In this document: piece by piece, positions 56,883 to 64,000 of the stretch
Layout: every line of letters begins with the position of its first letter
Numbering within the stretch: position 1 is the stretch's first letter
IMG/VR virus record: IMGVR_UViG_3300035182_000826
Coordinates: 97,453-161,452 of that record
Reading direction: 5' to 3' (one strand)
DNA length: 64,000 bases
Origin: a virus
Made by a program: the position numbers and the translations under genes
The notes under the pieces: generated by a model
Databases searched by the model: none
What the model was told of the DNA's origin: nothing
Seen by the model: only the letters and a program-made list of their open reading frames with translations

Positions 56883-58250
56883 ATGAGCAAACTGACGTCT
56901 TTCGTTCAAGCAATCAAGACCTGTGAGTCCTTCACCGGCGCCGGCAAAAAGAAGGTCATTCAAGAGGCGTTGGCCAGTCTCGATGAAGTCGGTCGCAAGT
57001 TGGTGTTCTACGCAATGAATGCGTATTACACGTATGGTGTCAAGAAGTTCGAGCGCCCGTCGCTCTACTCTCAAGAGGATGGCGATCCTGATCTGATCTT
57101 CACTGTGCTCGATGAGCTCAGAAGCCGTGAAGCAACTGGAAACATCGCCAGGATGAACGTGACACTCCTGCTGTCAGCGTTCACGGCTGAGACCGCGTCC
57201 TACATCGAGCGTGTGATAGAGAAGGACCTCAAGGCTGGCTTCTCGATCGACACCTTCAACAAAGTCTGGCCGTCCGAGCCCATTCCAGATTTCAAGGTTA
57301 TGCTCGCAGACAAGTGCGAGACTGAGGAGCAGTATGAAGAGCTGCTGCAATCGCCGGTTCTTGGTGATTGGAAATATGACGGCGAGCGGAACATCACGCT
57401 GGTGCCGTCGCCTGACAAGATCAGCCACATCAGCCGATCTGGTCTTGAGGCGTTCCACTTGGACGGTCTGTTCGACGAAGAGCTCCGTGACATCTACATG
57501 TACACGAAGGAACATTGGGGTTGGGATGGATTCGTCCTCGACTCTGAGCGGTTCGCCAGAGACTGGAATGACACAGTGAACGCAAAGAAGTCTGGCAATC
57601 AGGACTCCAAGGCGCGGATGTTCTTGATGATGTTCTTCATCATGCCGTACAAGGACTGGGAGGCCCGTAGTTGCTCCATCACCATGATGGAGAATCGTGA
57701 CAACATCGCCGAGATTCTCGGCGCGCTGCAACACATTACCCGCCTCCGCATTTCCAGCACCAAGCTGCTGAAGTCCTATGCTGATGTCATTGATTACTGT
57801 GATGCGGTGACGATGCCTGGTTTTGATGGTCGCAAGAATGGGCATGAAGGGTTGATCCTCAAGCGGACTGATGCTGTGTATCGCTGGGATCGATCGCTTG
57901 ACTGGTGCAAGGTCAAGAAGTTCCACACGGCCGATGGCATCATTGTTAGCGTCAAGCCTGGGCGCGCCAAGTCCAAGTATGAGAACACTACTGGCCGGCT
58001 GAATGTCAAGGGTCGCCTGGAAAATGGTGAAGTGTTCGAATGCGGCGTTGGAAGTGGTCTCAAGGACTGGGAGCGTGATGCGATTCGCGATAACCCTGAG
58101 CAGTACCTGAATGGTGCTGTCACCGTTGAAATCAAGTACCAAGATACCTCAAAAATCAAGGGGCGTGAAACATTGTCCCTGCGGTTCCCGACTTTGCATC
58201 GTATTCGGACCCGCGATGACAAGATCATCAACCCAGCCGAAGTGGAGTAA
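56883..58250 (+). CDS. ATP-dependent DNA ligase (gp30-like)
   Basis: KDLKAG, MLA, KYDGER, LDSE, EGLILK, W.KVK, VGSG and SLRFP motifs. Confidence 0.92.
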   Translation: MSKLTSFVQAIKTCESFTGAGKKKVIQEALASLDEVGRKLVFYAMNAYYTYGVKKFERPSLYSQEDGDPDLIFTVLDELRSREATGNIARMNVTLLLSAFTAETASYIERVIEKDLKAGFSIDTFNKVWPSEPIPDFKVMLADKCETEEQYEELLQSPVLGDWKYDGERNITLVPSPDKISHISRSGLEAFHLDGLFDEELRDIYMYTKEHWGWDGFVLDSERFARDWNDTVNAKKSGNQDSKARMFLMMFFIMPYKDWEARSCSITMMENRDNIAEILGALQHITRLRISSTKLLKSYADVIDYCDAVTMPGFDGRKNGHEGLILKRTDAVYRWDRSLDWCKVKKFHTADGIIVSVKPGRAKSKYENTTGRLNVKGRLENGEVFECGVGSGLKDWERDAIRDNPEQYLNGAVTVEIKYQDTSKIKGRETLSLRFPTLHRIRTRDDKIINPAEVE

Positions 58251-58325
58251 GCAGTACCTTCTGACTGAGGTACTGGTCAACTTCCCTGAAAAGCTTCCTC
58301 ACTACTCACTGAAAGGTGAACTCAC

Positions 58326-58718
58326 ATGACCTGCATCTTCGTTGGAATGCCGACTGCAGGCTCGGTTCAGGATGGCAAGATCAAAGAGGACATTTTGCGT
58401 CTCATCGCAGACATGCACTCTGACGACGGCGTCACCGTCATCGCGCCCATGATCCAGGCCTACCAACTCCTGCCGTTCATGAACACGGACGCGTCCTACA
58501 AGGTCTGGGGCAGGCGCTGTGAAGACGTGCTGATCCGATCTGACATCGTTGCGATCATCCTGTGCGAAGGCTGGTCCGAGCCTACCACGAAAGAGTCCGA
58601 GAAGAACTACTCGACTGGTGTCAAGGCTGAAATCGCGACGGCGAAGAAGTACGGCAAGTCGATCTTCTTCGTGGATCCGGCTGTCCGGCCGATCGGCTTC
58701 CTCTTTCCGAAAGAGTGA
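58326..58718 (+). CDS. Nucleoside 2-deoxyribosyltransferase-like / DUF1937 protein
   Basis: IFVGMP, D.V....GW, STGVKAEI..A...GK.IF. Confidence 0.6.
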   Translation: MTCIFVGMPTAGSVQDGKIKEDILRLIADMHSDDGVTVIAPMIQAYQLLPFMNTDASYKVWGRRCEDVLIRSDIVAIILCEGWSEPTTKESEKNYSTGVKAEIATAKKYGKSIFFVDPAVRPIGFLFPKE

Positions 58719-58726
58719 CCACACAG

Positions 58727-59216
58727 GCACAGCCTCGGCGACACCGGTGAGGTCCGGCTCACTTCGAATTTAAGAGGCGTTAAGATATACACCAGGGCTC
58801 TTTCGTGAGCCCTGGGGCGTTTTAGGTGACACGAGAAAAGAATAGGTCCTCTTAGGTGCAGCGCGCACAGAGCGCATTAGCCGACAGATAGCGGGTTCAA
58901 TTGGTTCTTCAACAAGTTCTTCATTTGGAGAGAGTGGCCAGTTGCTCACACAGCGCGTGCCCATAGAGCGCATTAGCCGACAGATAGCGGGTTCAACATC
59001 ATCCGGCGACACGAGGCGACGCCGGCTCACACCGGCCAAGTGCTGTGCATAACTTATTGGCGGTGAGGTCCGGTGTGAGCCGGGCCTCACCGGTGTCGCC
59101 GAGGCTGTGCTCTATCGCTTATGGCGAACTGCACTTAAGAAAAGGCGTCAAATTAGAAGGTGGCCATTGTTACTCACAGTGCGTGCCCACAGAGCGCATT
59201 AGCCGACGAATAGCGG
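58727..59216 (-). repeat. Non-coding modular repeat cluster 2 (mostly an inverted copy of cluster 1 modules)
   Basis: Reverse-complement repeat C at 58869-58900, 58965-58996 and 59191-59216 (partial); modules B, A and E at about 59003-59159; forward module A at 58727-58762. Confidence 0.95.
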
Positions 59217-59279
59217 AAACATGTAAGTCTATCGTGTCAGAAAATAAATACCGTTGAAGTAGTTCGAAAGTAGGACGAT

Positions 59280-59462
59280 GTGAAGATCTACGACTTTTCA
59301 CTTTACGCAAAACGCAGGGCGTTGACAAAATCAGCAGCTCAGGTGAAAGAGTCGATGGAAAAAATCAATGAGCCAAACATGCCAAACACCCTGCGTGGCC
59401 ATGTTGAAACTTGGTTTTCACTTCATCAAGAAGTGCAGAACCTAATTAAAAAGGCTGGGTGA
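59280..59462 (+). CDS. Hypothetical late protein
   Basis: TAAATA at 59245-59250; AGGA RBS. Confidence 0.55.
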   Translation: MKIYDFSLYAKRRALTKSAAQVKESMEKINEPNMPNTLRGHVETWFSLHQEVQNLIKKAG

Positions 59463-59505
59463 CATTCGCAATTTGTACAATTAGGTCTCTTCACAGGAGA
59501 CTCAC

Positions 59506-60318
59506 ATGCAGCTCAGAATTGCGTCAGACCTACACATTGAGGGTAAGCCGTTATACGACAAATACCCAGATGATCCGTTGCTATTCAGTGGACACTTTCT
59601 TCCAGTCGCCCCTAATGAAGATCAGCAGACGTTGATCTTAGCAGGTGACATCACCTCAAAACTCGCGAATCTGGAATTGATCTTTGAACAGGCGTCAAAG
59701 CGGTTTAATCGCGTGATTTACGTCCCAGGTAATCATGAGCGTTATTGGCATGACTTTGATGAGTGGACTGTGCAGGCTGAAAATCTCAAGCTAAAGTTCC
59801 CAAACATCTTCGCTGCAATGGATGGTGTTGAGCGAATTGAGCTTGACGGTGTCAGATTCATTTACGGCACCCTTTGGACTCTTGGTGGCCGTGATCTAAC
59901 AGAATGTCAAAATGTCCAAGACTCGCTGAACGACTTTTACCTGATCAGATACAATGGTGGCGTTTTTTCAGTGAGCTCCATGATTGACAAGTGCAATAAG
60001 CAAATTGATCTGATTGACACTTACCTGGCAGAACCAACAGAGTGTCATACCACTGTGGTGGTCACTCACCACCTGCCGTCATTCAAATTCTGCGCTGCGC
60101 GATTTGGTGGGCGTATCGACGGTGGTTTCGCTTCTAATTTTGATGATGTGATCAAGACTCGGAAGCCAGATTACTGGGTGTTTGGGCATACGCATGACAC
60201 TATTCAGCGAAAGCTTTATGGCACCATGTTCATCTGCAATCCAGCTGGTTACCCTGGTGAATATCACACACAGCACAACCAGTACATTGCCAATGGTCCT
60301 TTGGTGGTGAGTGTCTGA
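59506..60318 (+). CDS. Calcineurin-like metallophosphoesterase
   Basis: SDLH, LAGD, PGNHE, THH and FGHTH motifs. Confidence 0.9.
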   Translation: MQLRIASDLHIEGKPLYDKYPDDPLLFSGHFLPVAPNEDQQTLILAGDITSKLANLELIFEQASKRFNRVIYVPGNHERYWHDFDEWTVQAENLKLKFPNIFAAMDGVERIELDGVRFIYGTLWTLGGRDLTECQNVQDSLNDFYLIRYNGGVFSVSSMIDKCNKQIDLIDTYLAEPTECHTTVVVTHHLPSFKFCAARFGGRIDGGFASNFDDVIKTRKPDYWVFGHTHDTIQRKLYGTMFICNPAGYPGEYHTQHNQYIANGPLVVSV

Positions 60319-60704
60319 TGGCTACGATCTATGAATTTACAGGGGCTCAGAAGATCCCATTTTCTGAGCGTGCGAATGTAGCCATCGCAAAGCTTGCAGA
60401 TGATTGGATCGACCATGTCAAGCAAGGCAAAACGCCGTTCTTTGCAGCAAAGTATCTTCAAGATGTTGATATTGGCTTCTCTGAGGACTTGAATCAAATT
60501 GCGCTCAGAGAGCGTAGCTTGAATTACTATCCAATCATCTATGGACCGCGAACAAAAACACCGGAGCAAAATGGATGGTTCATTCAGTTTTACATGAATG
60601 AGGAGCTTTTCACAATGCCAGAGATGCTAGGTGAAAGTAAAGCAAGAACGTTTGCGCTGATAGCATGGCTAACGTTGCGCTCATTGCTATCAAATGAACC
60701 ATAA
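60318..60704 (+). CDS. Hypothetical protein
   Basis: Coupled ORF. Confidence 0.6.
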   Translation: MATIYEFTGAQKIPFSERANVAIAKLADDWIDHVKQGKTPFFAAKYLQDVDIGFSEDLNQIALRERSLNYYPIIYGPRTKTPEQNGWFIQFYMNEELFTMPEMLGESKARTFALIAWLTLRSLLSNEP

Positions 60705-60739
60705 AAGAACCATAAAAGAACCATAAAAGAACCATAAAA
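60696..60739. repeat. 11-bp tandem repeat GAACCATAAAA x4
   Basis: Direct reading; spans the stop codon of 60318..60704. Confidence 0.9.
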
Positions 60740-60799
60740 AGAAACAATACTGTTGTCGGTTTGTGAGATAATGGAGACAACTCCATATGGTGCAAATCC

Positions 60800-61285
60800 A
60801 TGAAAAAACGATTCAAGTATCATGGTGTGATGTTTCTCAGGAGTCTTTCCCTTGAGGAAGGATTTTCGCTGGTGAATAGTGGTGAAGTCCTTATCAACGG
60901 GAAGGAATTCTCTCGTTGTAAGGGCTTTTCTCTTTTCAATCACTATCATGCCACAGGACGAGCAATCTTCTGCCCGTACTGTGAAGCGCATGCTAATCAG
61001 TGGGTGCTCACGCGACATAAGAATGACAAGGCGAACAGTCCTGTTCTTGAACTGTTCGGCGAAACTGCCGATGGACACCTGGTCATGATGACACGCGATC
61101 ATATCATCCCAAAGTCATTCTACGGCTATGATGTGATCGAGAACCTGCGTCCAATGTGTGAGCTCTGTAATCACTCACGCGGGAACCACATGGATCGTGA
61201 AGCAATCAGATTCATGCTGCTCAACCCAGGGCTTTATGACAGCAGGCGTTTTCTCACGGAGACAAACAATGAAAACGTTCAATGA
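60800..61285 (+). CDS. HNH endonuclease
   Basis: CPYC...TRDHIIPKS..G...NLRPMCELCN..RGN. Confidence 0.8.
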   Translation: MKKRFKYHGVMFLRSLSLEEGFSLVNSGEVLINGKEFSRCKGFSLFNHYHATGRAIFCPYCEAHANQWVLTRHKNDKANSPVLELFGETADGHLVMMTRDHIIPKSFYGYDVIENLRPMCELCNHSRGNHMDREAIRFMLLNPGLYDSRRFLTETNNENVQ

Positions 61286-61650
61286 GGAAGATGTTGCAGT
61301 TTATGTTCGACCTCAAGAGAACTGATGGCGCCGACATCCTTGATAAGCTACCGGCCAAGTTCAAGGTGTCCAGGATGGAAGCCGCTCGGTGATGTCGGTC
61401 CTAACTGCTGACAAGTTCTCACCAATCATCACTTGATGACAACGCCAAGGCGGCCATTACCAAGACCGCGCCGGTGGAAGCAGTTGAACCGAAGGTTCGC
61501 AAGGTTCGCAAGGTTCGTGATAGCAAGCTGCAACGCATGGCCGCTGCGTTCCGTGAACTGGTGACTAGCGACAACGAGAAGGGTCAACCGCGTACTTGGT
61601 CGAACATCATGAAGGATACTGAAACCAAGCGTTTCGCATTGTCTGTCTAA
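61282..61650 (+). pseudogene. Probable frameshifted small gene
   Basis: Three consecutive protein-like segments in different frames (MRKMLQF...MEAAR / MSVLTADKFSPII / LDDNAKAA...KVRKVRKVR...ALSV stop); the last has no start codon. Confidence 0.45.
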
Positions 61651-61670
61651 GCGATCCTCGCCTGCAAAAG

Positions 61671-61697
61671 AAAATGGGACCCATTGGGTCCCATTTT
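61671..61697. terminator. Bidirectional terminator
   Basis: AAAATGGGACCC-ATT-GGGTCCCATTTT. Confidence 0.8.
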
Positions 61698-61717
61698 GTT
61701 TCTCTCTACTTAGACAA

Positions 61718-62767
61718 TCACTTGTCTTTGTCTCGACGATCTTTAACTTCCTTGATCGCTGCGAGCAAGTTCTCAAGCCTATAGCTCTTTCTTAGACCGC
61801 GCTGTTTTTCGATTATTTCTGGAAGACCACGCCATCTTTCGACTAGTTCTGGAATGCCTTCGGAACCGACTGCAAGATTGATTGCCTGTGCAATCTTCTG
61901 CAAGTCATTTATCTTGGCGGTGATTTCAGCGAGTTCAGCATTCACATCAAACTTCATCTGCTTACCTTCAGCAGCCCCATCGAACATCGACACGACTTTC
62001 TCTTGAAGCTTCACGAGGACTTCAGAGATTTCGTCTTGCAGGATCTTGGCCACTTCATTTGCCTTGCTCTTCAAGTATTTCTTGTCTGCGGCGACCAAGT
62101 CGGCCCTCATTGAATCACGTCCCGAACGCTCTGCTGGCCTGTTAGCCAAGCGCTCTTTTCTTTTAGCTAAACGATTGGCATCAGGAGTGATACCGTAGAT
62201 TTCAATCGTGCTTTCTTTGAAGATGTTGTCTGCATTGACTTCGTTTTCATCATCCGACAATGCAAGAGCAATCGAATTTTGTAGACGCATAAGTAAAGTC
62301 GACATTGGCATGCCTTCTTGTTCATAAGTATATGAACTACGCTGTATGACTGTGTTGTAGCGACCGGTAGATGGGTTCTTTACCTTTTGGTAATAATACT
62401 TGGCACGGCGTTTCTGGATCTTAGACTTCTCACCATCGACGGCAACAATTGAGTATTCAGCACGTACGCCAGGCAAGTTCTTAGATTTGTAAATCAAAGC
62501 GAATGGTTGACCTTCAACCTTGACGAAAACAGCAACATACTCGTTTTCTTTCATTGCGTCGATGATAGTCGTACGGTACTTGCTGACACTATTAACTGGC
62601 GAAGCAAGCTCAACGATTTCGGAACCTTTGCCGCCGATGGCAAGGCTACCCTTGGCGACGACATTCATCCAAGTATCAGGAATTTCGGATAGATTACCCT
62701 TATCCTCTTCTAAGATCCCGTATAGATCATTCAGATTTTCTGCGAGTATGGATTTTAGTAATGACAT
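61718..62767 (-). CDS. Hypothetical late (probable virion) protein
   Basis: AAGGAG RBS; TAAATA on the minus strand at 62796-62801; MSLLKSILAE start. Confidence 0.75.
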   Translation of the reverse strand: MSLLKSILAENLNDLYGILEEDKGNLSEIPDTWMNVVAKGSLAIGGKGSEIVELASPVNSVSKYRTTIIDAMKENEYVAVFVKVEGQPFALIYKSKNLPGVRAEYSIVAVDGEKSKIQKRRAKYYYQKVKNPSTGRYNTVIQRSSYTYEQEGMPMSTLLMRLQNSIALALSDDENEVNADNIFKESTIEIYGITPDANRLAKRKERLANRPAERSGRDSMRADLVAADKKYLKSKANEVAKILQDEISEVLVKLQEKVVSMFDGAAEGKQMKFDVNAELAEITAKINDLQKIAQAINLAVGSEGIPELVERWRGLPEIIEKQRGLRKSYRLENLLAAIKEVKDRRDKDK

Positions 62768-63054
62768 AATGTCTCCTTTGCAGGCATAAGTGAACTATTT
62801 ATCTAAACAGACTATAAGGACGAGGAAAGACCCATGCCAGATCAATCCCAAATTACTCAGTCGCAGTTGTATGTCTCAATGTACGAGGGGCCCTAGGGCC
62901 CCTCGGAGGCGTCTGGTGTCGCCGACAATAGTGCTTTAGGACCACTGTTATACTGCCACCGTTCGTATAACCCGACAATGGGTTAGGTTGAAAAGGCGTA
63001 AAAACCTAAAATGAAGCTGAAAGACCAGCTGCCTTCGGAGTACTGACATGATTT

Positions 63055-63258
63055 ATGACGTATTGGTTGTATCGGTTCTTCTTCGACGGCAATAAGCGCA
63101 CGTCACGCTTCATGATGAATGGCGTGCTCATGGAACACCCAGCGCTGGGTACGAGACGTGGGTGTGACCCCGACCATCGCCAGCATGGCCTGGCCCCAGT
63201 GGCCACAGCCCAAGGAGCCGACGTGAAAGCCAGACGCCGGCCGTCGCCTCGCTGCTGA
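63055..63258 (+). pseudogene. Fragment carrying a Fic-domain active-site motif
   Basis: FFFDGNKRTSRFMMNGVLM resembles Fic HPFxDGNxRxxR; far too short for a full domain. Confidence 0.5.
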
Positions 63259-63329
63259 AGAAAGAAAGTGAATAACACCAGCACCTAGTAACGTGCCTAA
63301 CCCGCTCTCACTCAACCCCTAGGATCACC

Positions 63330-64000
63330 ATGACAGAAAAATCCATCACCTCATTCAAAGGCTTCGATGCCAATCTGAAGTGTCGAGGCTTCCAGTACGA
63401 AGTAGGGAAGAGCTACGAGCATGCTGGCGGCGTAGAAGTCTGCAAGAGCGGCTTTCATGCCTGCGAGTACCCGCTGAGCGTATTCCACTACTACCCACCA
63501 GCCGGCAGTCGATTCGCACTCGTTGAGCAATCCGGCTCGCTGAGTCGTCGAGGTGAGGACGGCAAAGTTGCCAGTCGCCATATCAGCGTGAAAGCCGAGC
63601 TAACCATCGCTGACCTGGTCAAAGCTGCGGTGGAGTACACAACCAGCCGCAGCAAACCTATAGACCCAGAATCCGCAGCATCCGCAACGGGCGACTACAG
63701 CACCGCATCCGCAACGGGCTACCAAGGAGCAGCGTCCTCCACGGGCTACCAAGGAGCAGCATCCGCAACGGGCGACTACGGCGCAGCATCCTCCACGGGC
63801 TACCAAGGAGCAGCATCCTCCACGGGCGACTACGGCGCAGCGTCCGCAACGGGCGACCGAGCCGCTGCATCCGCAACGGGCGACTACGGCGCAGCGTCCG
63901 CAACGGGCGACCGAGCCGCTGCATCCGCAACGGGCTACCAAGCCGCTGCGGCCGCGACTGGCGTATGCGGAGCAGTGTCCTCCACGGGCTACCAAGCCGC
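63330..64000 (+). CDS. Phage protein with N-terminal conserved domain and 9-aa Gly/Ala/Ser repeats (runs off the window; not in the ORF track)
   Basis: AGGA RBS; MTEKSITSFKGFDANLKCRGFQYEVGKSY...CKSGFHACEYPL...; then 27-bp repeats encoding AASATGDYG/AASSTGYQG from about 63676. Confidence 0.85.
   Translation, partial: MTEKSITSFKGFDANLKCRGFQYEVGKSYEHAGGVEVCKSGFHACEYPLSVFHYYPPAGSRFALVEQSGSLSRRGEDGKVASRHISVKAELTIADLVKAAVEYTTSRSKPIDPESAASATGDYSTASATGYQGAASSTGYQGAASATGDYGAASSTGYQGAASSTGDYGAASATGDRAAASATGDYGAASATGDRAAASATGYQAAAAATGVCGAVSSTGYQA

Noticed and set aside
58770-59257. ORFs 58770..59090 (-) and 59045..59257 (+)
   Set aside because: They are translations of the repeat modules; the homologous cluster at 24 kb keeps no such ORF.
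1-64000. Stop-codon reassignment
   Set aside because: Conserved genes are full length under the standard code and end in TAA, TGA or TAG.

Overview
This 64-kb window is part of a large T4-related (jumbo-type) myovirus genome. No rRNA, tRNA or canonical CRISPR array was seen. It holds four broad blocks. (1) A virion/packaging block (1-21.6 kb): neck gp13/gp14, gp15, sheath, tube, gp4 and terminase subunits, with a Hef-like homing endonuclease between sheath and tube. (2) An RNA-repair cluster: DRB0094-type RNA ligase, a minimal ligase-like protein and HD-Pnk. (3) A recombination, replication and nucleotide block: gp32, UvsX/Y/W, NrdAB, glutaredoxin, clamp loaders, DNA ligase and a two-gene minimal DnaE-like polymerase. 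(4) A GH108 endolysin, tail fibres and many small accessory genes. About 20 TAAATA late-promoter motifs precede virion-type genes, and a TGTAAC...GTTACA motif precedes several sigma70-like promoters. The most unusual feature is a non-coding modular repeat system at 24.07-25.0 kb, with an inverted second cluster at 58.7-59.2 kb and solo copies elsewhere. It has a 32-bp conserved repeat and a 12/13-6-12/13 palindrome whose 6-bp core occurs in both orientations. Between two repeats sit 31-nt and 46-nt antisense copies of the adjacent kinase-like gene. Several late genes share an N-terminal (I/L)-X-E motif, suggesting a set of head-packaged enzymes. All assignments come from motif recognition by eye; no database searches were run.
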